A DNA stretch of 64,000 bases, taken from assembly GCA_023515725.1 (NCBI GenBank), contig JALDTO010000266.1:1509608-1573607 (forward strand), written 5' to 3'. Under the pieces are notes generated by a model. That model was not told the origin of the DNA and did no database searches. It was given only the letters and a program-made list of their open reading frames with translations. The translations under genes were made by a program, and so were the position numbers. Source of the DNA: Amoeboaphelidium protococcarum X5. Taxonomy: Eukaryota > Fungi > Aphelidiomycota. Positions within the stretch are counted from its first letter, which is position 1; each line of letters starts with the position of its first letter. Of the stretch, positions 1 to 9,170 are shown in pieces.

Positions 1-554
1 TATCTCTACTTTGGCAGCTTGTTTAAACACTTCAGAGCCAAAGATTCTGAGGTTATACTCTTGTCGCCGCACTCTCTCAGATCTCTCTGCAGATCCTCCA
101 TCTTGAGAACAAATGTTATAGCACTAACCGTATCAAACTGCAGATTGTTAATTTTAGCGTTGAGTAAGTTAATGTTCTCAATTGACTTTTGATTAAACAG
201 ATTTTTGATGACTTTGATACATTTATAAGCAAACTTCTAACTAGAGATGTGGATCTTCAGATCCTCCTTCACAGTTGATTGGATAATCCCAACGGCTTTA
301 CTGTTCATGATCAGGAGTTAATTCTGCAGCTTAGCCACACGAGATTGGCGTTTTTACTTCACTTCGGCGAGTTCTAACTCTTTAAGATACAGATGAGACA
401 GTGATGGTAAATTCTAAATTTTCTTGTAGAATTCCCTCTCCACTGCTGCATCACACTCTTCTTTACGCAGTAGCATCATAACGTACCGCAACCAAGAGCG
501 GAAATTGGAGCCATTGAACAATACGCGCATAGTATCCGTATCAGACATTACCAT
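1..554 (-). CDS. Copia Gag N-terminus (3' partial)
   Basis: With TAR=Q: MVMSDTDTMRVLFNGSNFRSWLRYVMMLLRKEEC...KAVGIIQSTVKEDLKIHI...AYKCIKVIKNLF, containing the Copia gag 'xNGxNFxxW' motif and UBN2-like helices. Open to the window edge. Confidence 0.75.
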
Positions 555-721
555 TGGAGAGAATAAATGTTAAGATGAAACCAAAAAGGTAAATTATATC
601 TTTCGATAATACTGACTTTATTCTCAATTGAGATGAAAATATTTTTCACACTTCAACCTAAGCCACTCGGATCAGTGACCCCTGAACCGACAACCGAAGC
701 TCTGGAACACCAACCTTCACA
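1..721 (-). mobile_element. Ty1/Copia LTR retrotransposon B (5' LTR 721-568 plus gag start; runs off the window), nested inside Copia A
   Basis: Minus strand reads TGTGAAG...CTTAACA (721-568, 6/7 inverted termini). It abruptly replaces the RT/RNaseH frame of element A at 722 and is followed by a gag-like ORF. Confidence 0.8.
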
Positions 722-3528
722 CTAAATACCCAACTTACTTGTGCCCTTCAAATACTTACAAATCCTCTTTACAGCAGTCCAATGCTTTTGACCCGGATTA
801 GAAGAAAACTTGCAAACCTTTCCAACAGCGGCTGATATATCAGGACGAGTTGCACATGCAGTGTATAATAGAGCGCCGACGACTTGTTAATAAGGAATTT
901 CTTACATCAACTCTTGTTCTTCTTTCGTCTAAGGACAGTCCTATAGTGACAAAGATACTGTAGAGTCCATGGGGGTTGGTGCTGGTTTCACGAGACTCAT
1001 CTAATAATCCTCCAACAGTTCAGCAATAAATCTGTGCTAGTGCAACAATATCGTCTTCGCTTATCTGTCACGCTCGATATGAAGTCCAAGGAAATACGAT
1101 GCCGGACCGAGATCAGTAATCTCAATCATGGCCGCGATATCTTTCTTCAGCTTCTATGCTTGATCAATCCCCTTAATACCAAGTAGCATATCATCAACAT
1201 GCGCCAGTATGAGGGCATCATCTTCTTTTCTGTAGAACAGGCAATGATCAGCCTCTGTTGGAACGAATCCAAGTTATGCTAAACATTGCATAAGGTGATT
1301 ATACCATTCTGCCGCAGCCTACTTCAATCCATAGAGTGTCTTGAGGAGTTGAAGTTTAACATCGTCTCCGCAGTCGAGTAGGCCACCTTCCGGGACTTCC
1401 ATATAAATTTCCTCCTTGAGTTCAGGCACGACGAAAGCCTAAACGGCATCAACTTGCTCTATCTCGTAATCAAGAGAGGCGCATTTGGATAGCATTATTC
1501 TGAGTGAGTTCGTTCTTGCTGTAGGTGCATAAGTCTCCTAATAGTCCACCCCGGAAACTTGTGAATAGCCCTTCGCGACCAATCTAGCCTTGAATTTAAA
1601 ATCGCCAGACGCAGTCTTCTTCTTAGTAAATACCCATCGACACTTGATTACACGGTCTCCCTTTTGTCGCTAGACCTTCCTCCATGTCTTTCGATTCTCA
1701 AGTCCATTAATTTCTTTCATCATAGCCTTGTAATAATGATCTCTGTCAGGTCCTGATAATGCTTCGCGCACACTTTGCGGATTTCTCTCCAACTTTGTAG
1801 TGAGTGCTTTAAATTGCTTTCGCACTCTTTTTCCACTGACTATATTAGAAGGATCAACTCTAGACACAATCTCTTTAGGCGCAGATGGAGTAGGGTCTGG
1901 GACAACAACATCGGTAGATCCAGGTTAGGCATTGTTAGGAGAAGAAGAATTCATTGCAGGCGCAGTTGGCTGTGGAGCTTACAGAATGTCAAGATCTTAA
2001 GTCGGTTAAGATTAACTTTATGACAGTATCTGAACTGCGGCCTCTTATGATGAATGATGGTGCACCGGTGACATAAGGGGAACAGTGAACTCTTGCAGAG
2101 TCGTTTCTTGACTTGCCGATTTAGAGTTTTAGGGGGAGTCATAAGCTAAATCTACACCAAACTTCTTTTCTTTAGGAAATGTAAATGCGTTGGAGGTTAT
2201 CAACTTTTGGCGCACAATATCATAGAACCGCAATATCGATGTAGACTCAGTATAGCCCATAAAAATGCATTCTACAGCACGCCGATCCAGCTTGAACCGC
2301 TTTTCAACAGGAACATGAACAAAGGAGTGCTGGCCAAATATTTGCAAATGACTCGTCTTCGGCAACTTACCTGACCATACTTCATAAGGGCTTTTAGACT
2401 ATGGGTTGGAGCTAGATGGACTAATATTGCTTAGATACACTGCAGTCAGCGCAGCCTGGCCCCAAAACTACTCTGGAAGCTTTGACTCCATCAGCATAGT
2501 GCGCACTTTATTGAATATAGTCAGATTCTTCCGCTCGCTAACACCATTCTGCTCAGGAGTGTAAGGAACCGTAAGCTCATGCATGATGCCATTGTCCTAC
2601 AAATATCCAGTGAATTCGTTAGATAGGTATTCCTTGGCGTTGTCCGATCGCAAAGATTGGACTACAACAGCAGTGGCACTCTGAACCAAAGAGAATTGAC
2701 TCATTTTATGCTCACCAAATGTCGCTGACTATACACATATTCCTTCATTACGCAGCTTCTAATGCACATATTTAAAACACTTGATAGCCGCAGACCTTCT
2801 TTTCATCAGAAAAGCAAGAGTAAATCGCGACTTGTCGTCAGTGAATGTGATGAGATATTGGTTGCCATTGATGTCTGCAACTAACGGGCCACAGATATCT
2901 GTGTGCAGACGCGAACCATTTTTGTCTGCTCTACTATCCGTAGGATGCATTGAGGGGCGCTTATTCTTACCAATGATACAAGAGATGCACTCAGAGCAAT
3001 CCTCAGCTTTAATGTTGCCTATCCCGTGATCGTTGCAAAATTTGACGACATCTTTGACATTAGCATGACCCAGCTTAGAGTGCATATCATCGCATAACTC
3101 CTAAGAAGACTGGGAAGTGAGAGAGAGAGCTTGACTGCCAGAATTGGATACAACTCTCCATAAGCCGTCTCGTTTAGACTTTACTCCTTGCCATAATAGC
3201 TCCTTAGGCAGTTTCACGTGGTCTTTGAAACATGACACTGTCTATCCGTCAAACAGAACCTTGTATCCAGAATTGCAGAGCTTGGAAACAGAAAGCAATT
3301 CTCCGATAATGTCGGGCAATACAAGACATTGGAGAGTTCAAAACCCTGTGAGTTGCTGTTGAAGGTTACACTACCACGCTTGACGCATGTCATTGACGCA
3401 TTCGCTGTACCAACCTGAGTACGAAAGTTAGAGGAGTTAAATAAATTATTTTATGTATTAGTGAAGTGATCACTTGCTCCGCTATCAATAATCCAGGACT
3501 GATCAGCCTTATGCATCACCAGACTATG
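722..3528 (-). pseudogene. Copia A Pol (PR-INT-RT), one frameshift near 3297, cut before RNase H by the nested insertion
   Basis: NVLYCPTLSEN/LSVSKL needs a 1-nt shift at ~3297. The frame is otherwise open (TAR=Q) to ...KRICKYLKGTSKLGIQ at 722. Confidence 0.8.
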
Positions 3529-4311
3529 TCATTCAGCAGCCTTAGAAGCTTTCTGCTACCCCTTGCAAAACTTACTCCCTTCCGAGTGATTGAATCTCTC
3601 CATTCCTGCTGACTTGCACTTCTGACATACCGGTCTCAAGTGTGGATGACACTTCCAACAATCAGCGCCGCGACATTCTCCTGGATGCTTTGCTAACTTC
3701 ATAACCTTGGATGCATTGATACAGGCAGCGTCCTCAGTGATACAGCGCGACATCAGGATGTCGCGTTTGACAAGAGCCGCTTCAGTGCCTGCCACCGCAC
3801 GCACCACTCTTAGATGTTCAGGCAGTCTGCCAAGTAGAACCATTGTCACAAGATCGCTGATTTTGATCATATCAGAGCCACCATTTGCGTGGATTAAGGA
3901 GCGCTCAATAGCTTCCGCTGCGGTAAAACCGTCCTCCACTCGATCACCAAATTCAAACGAGAGAAGTTCTCCAAGGTACTCGAGGCGACTAGCAACAGTT
4001 TGTCTAACAAAGTGCTTACTCAGCTACACCCACAAATCAGACGCCTTATCGCAATCTATGAATTTGCCAGCAAGGTCCATTGATATATTTGCTTCGATGG
4101 CGAAGGCGGCCTGGTCAGTGTCCATCGGGACTTGCTTCACTTCGTCCCAGGCTTTCAGCAGTTTCAGCAGCACCTTCATTCGTTTGACCCACACAAAGTA
4201 ATCCGACTGTACTTTCAGCATGCACCAATTGTGAATTCTGATAGACGCGTCGGCGTCTTGTGCAGCTGTAGCAGCAGGAGTAGAAGAGGATGTTTAAGCA
4301 CCAGTCGGCAT
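3529..4311 (-). CDS. Copia A Gag
   Basis: ATG 4311 (MPTGAQTSSS...) is in frame with ORF pieces 4024-4221 and 3556-3939. A C-terminal Cys/His knuckle region precedes TGA at 3531-3529. Confidence 0.8.
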
Positions 4312-4519
4312 GATTCAGCAGTGCTGATAACGTGTTAAGAAATGATAAGTAAAATAGATGATATAAAATTACTGTATTTCTTATCATGAAAAGATTCTCA
4401 TACTTGACCTTATCTGAGTCCGTTTCACCTCTAACCTTAGTGTGGGGATATTGTGGCATGAGGCGCAGCGGCTCCATGTGGATGTTTGATCATAAATCTG
4501 ACAAAAATAGAAACAACGG

Positions 4520-4828
4520 ATGCGCCAAAGAAGAATCACTCGGTACTTCAAAAAGGCATCCCCGTCCGCCAAGTTTCTCAGCCCGCCGAAAACTTATCAA
4601 GAAGTCGAGATTATCGCGCACTGTTCGTCGCCCATGTCTATTGGTTCAGCTGTGAATATGGCTAGAGTTGCTCCTGGTAGTGGTAGTCCGGCTCCAATGA
4701 AGCGCACTCAGAACAAGGGACATATTAGGTCGAATTCTCTGTATTTATACTAGGAGCCGGTGGAACTGACAGGCGATCCGACGCCGAAACCGCCGAGTCC
4801 GATGCTCCAAATGAAGGCGTGCCAATGA
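4520..4828 (+). CDS. Hypothetical protein (probable 3' remnant of a gene cut by the Copia LTR) with a PIP-box-like motif
   Basis: The frame is open from the LTR edge to TGA 4826-4828. It has QRRITRYF and a Ser/Pro-rich tail. Confidence 0.35.
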
Positions 4829-5141
4829 AATCTAAATCTTCTTGCCGCACTGTCGAAACAATGACAACTATGGATATTGAAGGTATTGTAAAACTATCCA
4901 ATATTTTCAAGAATACCTGCAACAGTGTATCGTACCATTTTATTGATCTTAGTCGCTAATAATTAAGATGGAAGGCTGAAACAATCAAAGAAGAGTTCAT
5001 TATCTGACTAAAATGGCCAAATCAGGATACAAATTAAACGCGGGAACACTACCGTGTTTCTCGCGGCATAAGCGACCAGAAAAACTCAGTTAATTCGTTT
5101 AAAACAATGAAAGTCGCTTATACCAAATAATAATTTTCAGT

Positions 5142-6398
5142 ATGGAAAATCTTTAACCCAATTTTAACATCAATGAATAGAGCGCCTTTTAAAACTTACC
5201 CCTGAATACCCCTGGAGTCAAAAAAATTCGTGTCTCATACCCCACTGACAAGAAAAGGGAAGTGGTCACAATGGTGACTGAGTCCCAAAAAGTTAAGAAT
5301 AAAGGTGCCATCCAACATATAGCGTAAGCAACCGGTATAAGTAAAAAATTGATATCTAAATGGTTATTGGCGTCCGATGAAATCATGGATCCTAAGTTTC
5401 ATGGTAGTTCGCGCAAGCTTCATAGTGGGCCACAGACTCAATACAAAATTGAAGAAGAGAGCATGGTCGCTTGGGTGCATAGCTAGAGGGAGCTTAGAAA
5501 GGTTGTTACAAACTAATTGATGGCTGCATACGTCATGAAAGAGTTCCCCAATACCTTTTAGGCTTATGAATAATGCTTGGCGTGGACGTATCGGGTACTG
5601 GATCGTAACAATCTGAGCATACGTCGTAAGACGCATGATCAAACTAAATTGTCCGAAGAAGAGATGGGCCGTCTTCACAGAGACTTTGTGGTCTATGTAC
5701 GTTATTTGATGGATGAGTTCTCTGTAGAGGATGATGATGCAATCAATATGGACGAAACTGGTGTTCATTTTGACATGACATCTAGCACAACAGTGGAAAT
5801 TAAAGGAACGTAACACGTCAGCGTCGTGTCATCCTCTAATAGCGGACACTGTACTGTCTTTCTGGCTGTATCGTTAGCTGGTACAAAGTTGAAGCCATTG
5901 ATTGTATTCAAAGCTAAGCCTGGTGCTACAGTTCATAAGCAGATTCTGGCTGGGCGTAATGATTATGATGCACGGGTGATTTGTACTGTTCAAGAAAATG
6001 CTTACTGCGATGAATTTGTTATGGGTGTATGGCTGGATAAATGTCTTAATCCTCATCTGAATAGAAATAATGAAAAGAAGTTGAGTTTGTTAATGATGGA
6101 CAATTTCTCTCCCCATCAATGTGCGTCGGTCAGAGATCAATTGAGCGAGAGCTTCTGCCTTTTGGTCATGCTGCCTCCAAATATGACCAGCAAAGTTTAG
6201 ATATTGGATGTCGGAGTTAATAAGCCATTCAAAGATCATATCAGGGCTCAGTTTTTGACATTTATGAGTGACTTCTTAGAGAATCAGCAGAAAGTCACGC
6301 GTGAAATGATGTCTACATGGGTAGCGAATGCTTGGGAGAAGATTACAGTAACGACTTTTATTAAGACAAGCAAGAAAATTGGATTTTTGGATGAATGA
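5142..6398 (+). CDS. pogo-family DDE_1 transposase, intact 418 aa
   Basis: One frame under TAR=Q. N-terminal HTH/CENP-B-like region, then NMDETG, KLKPLIVFK, LLMMDNFSPH, LPPNMTSKVQ[TAG]ILDVGVNKPFK; ends in TGA. Confidence 0.92.
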
Positions 6399-6467
6399 TG
6401 TAACAGTAATGAATGTTGTATTTTAGGAGGCCATTTATTTAAAGTGTATCAATATTGACTTCAATGT

Positions 6468-6945
6468 TCAACCAATAATCAATCCCATAGCAAGACCATG
6501 ATGTTCACGGCTGCGCCTTTCTTCAGATTCGTTATCAGATCCTATACTAACTCTGCAAACAGAACAACTCTACCATCTAAAGCATCATCATAAAGGCTTT
6601 GAAAGACTTTAGATACAAAGCCAACGAAACAGCACTCAACTCCGTTCTTCCAGATGAAGGCTTTAAACGTAGTCACCTGCTACTGCACCAGCTTGTCTTA
6701 CATTTATCTCTTCTTCGGTCTACCCTTTTTCTTGGGACCTGCTTACATAGCTTCATCCTCATTCATATCCATCTCTAGCTGTACTAACCGAGGCACAGTA
6801 ATAGATGACTTCCGTAGCTTCAGATTGGTAGATTAAGTGACGCGACACCACAATTAGTTGAATGCAGTCCACACATTCTACCATGGTCACCATTCGATAA
6901 ACCTACAATTTCAATTTTATTCCCAATTATTAGTGCTGCATCCAT
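6468..6945 (-). pseudogene. Second, convergent gene inside the pogo element (HIRAN-like? plus AT-hook), apparently with two frameshifts
   Basis: Three consecutive segments in different frames: MDAALIIGNKIEIVGLSNGDHGRMCGLHSTNCG / LKLRK...KKKGRPKKR...AFIWKNGVECCFVGFVSK...LDGRVV / SDNESEERRSREHHGLAMGLIIG*. Confidence 0.5.
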
Positions 6946-7699
6946 AATAAATTTGGCATACCGTGTTTCAAACTCTAAACAAAAAACGAACGAAACAAAA
7001 AAGGGCGAAGTCGCTTATACCAAAGATCGCTTATGCCGCGAGAAACACGGTAGTGCTGATATCTGATTCTAACCATGGTAGCGCAGTCTTAAAACAAGCA
7101 TTGAAGCACAGCTCGAAAAATAAGGAAGTCTACTTGATTGGCCGATCAGGGACAAAAACTAAGGTACAGAATTCTGAAACATTCTATCGGTCGTAAGAGT
7201 ATATGTAAATCAATATAACTTTTGCTCTCTAATTTGAATTCCAAAAGTACTACTGTGGTTAATGAGGACTTCTCCATGGTGGCGCAATTGTTTGAAGTTT
7301 GATCCTCTTTGCCGATCGCTCGCTGATCGTCGATCTAACATTTTACTAATGATCTTGACACGACTTTGATGTAATTTATGTGATGATTATATATCTATGT
7401 AATTGATTCTATATTTCCGTTTCTTTAGTTACCATAGTTATGAATCGATTTATTTATTTGTTTTTAGATAAAGCTGTATGATTGATTATAAAAGATCTAC
7501 CTTGGCGACGGCAATAAATGTATTAAACAAACTAACTTGCCAATTAATATCTATCTGATTGTTTCAACCACAGGCCAAAATATTAGAACCTGTAAACTGA
7601 ATAAATATTATGAAAAATTTGAAGGCATATATAACTGTAGGGAACAAGATAGATATAGTTGATACTAGCTAAAGTGGAGTTTATGTTAGTAATAAACTA

Positions 7700-7910
7700 A
7701 CTTTGACTGGTCACTCTGATAAAGTTTGGTCAGTATCCTTTTCAAGTGATGGCAAATATCTGGCTAGTGGATCATAGAACAACACAGTTAGATTATGGAA
7801 TGTTGATAGTGGTGCTCTTGTCAAAACTTTGACTGGTCCCTCTAGTTGGGTTACGTCAGTATCCTTTTCAAGTGATGGCAAATATCTGGCTAGTGGATCA
7901 TTTGACAACA
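7700..7910 (+). pseudogene. Fragment of high-identity WD40 repeats (HET-E/NWD type)
   Basis: [68 protein letters not shown]. The period is 126 bp with near-identical DNA, and there is no start or flanking domain. Confidence 0.8.
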
Positions 7911-7990
7911 TATGGGCTAAGTCATCGCTAACATGCTGATTGCTATTGTGTACGTTATTTTCAATGAATAATTTAAGTAGTTTTAACTTA

Positions 7991-8190
7991 CCACAGTGCA
8001 GATAATTCAGATTAAGACTTCTCAGGAATTTCATTTGACGCAGCGACAATCGACAGCAAAGGCACTTTGATGTAGTTAGTTCCATTTTGAAATAGTCTTT
8101 CGTTGATAACAGTCAATAACGCATTTAAAATTGCGCTATTTGCCTTGAAAATTTCATCAATGAATGCAATTTTAGCACTAGGCAATTGAC
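7991..8190 (-). pseudogene. RavA/MoxR AAA+ ATPase internal fragment
   Basis: [35 protein letters not shown]...[14 protein letters not shown]...ELSALW covers Walker B to sensor-1. No Walker A. Confidence 0.7.
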
Positions 8191-8194
8191 TCAA

Positions 8195-8471
8195 TACTCT
8201 GGAATTGGAAGGCCTAAAGCGACTGACTACTGGCGAGGTCAATTATGGCAGTCCTAAGGTTGCGCCAACAATTTACTAGGGAATTGGCAGACCCAGAGCT
8301 ACAGATTACATGCCCAGCGGGCAGATCAATTATGGGAACTCATATTCAAGTTCAAGTTATAGTGGAAGCATTTCTAGCTATAGCAGTAGCTAACAAACTA
8401 CGTATTCAGGTAGAGGAAGGCCTAGAAATTCAGACTACTTACCAGGTGGCGGTATCAATTACGGTCGCTGA
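8195..8471 (+). pseudogene. 3' fragment of a protein with three YxGxGRP(K/R)xxDYxPxGxINYG repeats
   Basis: [12 protein letters not shown]../TGEVNYG, YQGIGRPRATDYMPSGQINYG, YSGRGRPRNSDYLPGGGINYGR*. A small deletion shifts the first repeat out of frame. Confidence 0.5.
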
Positions 8472-8543
8472 ATTTCAATTTGCGTTTGAATTAGCTAATT
8501 GAGTTTAAAATTGATTGAATTATGATAAATATATGTAATACAC

Positions 8544-8873
8544 TTTGGATGGCTTATCACTGTCATCTCTCTGATCGCCCACTTTTTTGTGTCTCTGGAA
8601 TTCACGCTCTGCTACACTCTGACCGGTGCCGCTTTTCATACCAGTATCAGAGGCCGTGCTGTAGGACTTTGTGTGATGGTTGCCAGATTCGGTGCCATAC
8701 TGTCTCCGTTCATTACTGAGTACAAATTGCCGGGAGATTCTGACGCGCCGTCTGATGGACTGAGTACGCTTGCCTGTATTGTATTGGGTACATGTAGTAT
8801 TGCATCCTCTGTCGGTCTCCTCTTCATAAGGAATGATGTCCACTGCAATGACTTTGACTAATTATCACGCTGA
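8544..8873 (+). pseudogene. C-terminal fragment of an MFS (SLC22/SV2-like) transporter
   Basis: LITVISLIAHFFVSLEFTLCYTLTGAAFHTSIRGRAVGLCVMVARFGAILSPFI resembles the TM10-TM11 'ExFPTxxRxxAxG' region. The first ~9 TMs are absent. Confidence 0.6.
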
Positions 8874-9170
8874 TCTTAACGCGTTAAATTCAATACATAG
8901 AGCTTTGCTATTAATTTCTTTTAATTTTATATATATAGCAATTTGACATCTGTAGTACTTCATTGAAGTTTCAGTCGAATATGATCTTGTTGCAGGTCGT
9001 TTCGTCAAGTCCTTTTCCACTCCATTGGGGCCGATCACTAGGTTAATCTTCGTTCCGGTTGAGCGTTCGGCACTGTTCTCATCAGCGCACTCTCTTCTCT
9101 CTTTCTTCATTCTGTGATTTATTTATGCAACTCTGTGACGCGATATTGGGCAGATTAGACGTTCAGGAGT

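Larger units (their letters stand above)
722..4503 (-). mobile_element. Ty1/Copia LTR retrotransposon A (5' LTR 4503-4333, PBS 4332-4321, gag-pol 4311-722), interrupted by element B
   Basis: LTR TGTCAGA...CTTAACA, then CGTTATCAGCAC. Domain order is gag, protease (WIIDSGASDH), GAG-pre-integrase (HSKLGH), integrase (LHTDICGP, PYTPEQNGVSER), RT (KARLVAKGYSQ, LYGLKQ[TAG]A, HVDD). INT before RT defines Copia. Confidence 0.93.
5052..7050 (+). mobile_element. pogo-like (Tc1/mariner superfamily) DNA transposon, ~2.0 kb
   Basis: Perfect 24-bp TIRs CCGTGTTTCTCGCGGCATAAGCGA (5052-5075 / 7027-7050), TA target duplication (5050-51, 7051-52), and an internal DDE_1 transposase. Confidence 0.93.

Noticed and set aside
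5047-7055. CACTA-superfamily element suggested by CACTA...TAGTG ends
   Set aside because: The enclosed transposase is pogo DDE_1. The CACTA arises from the TA TSD in a palindromic CACTAGTG target.
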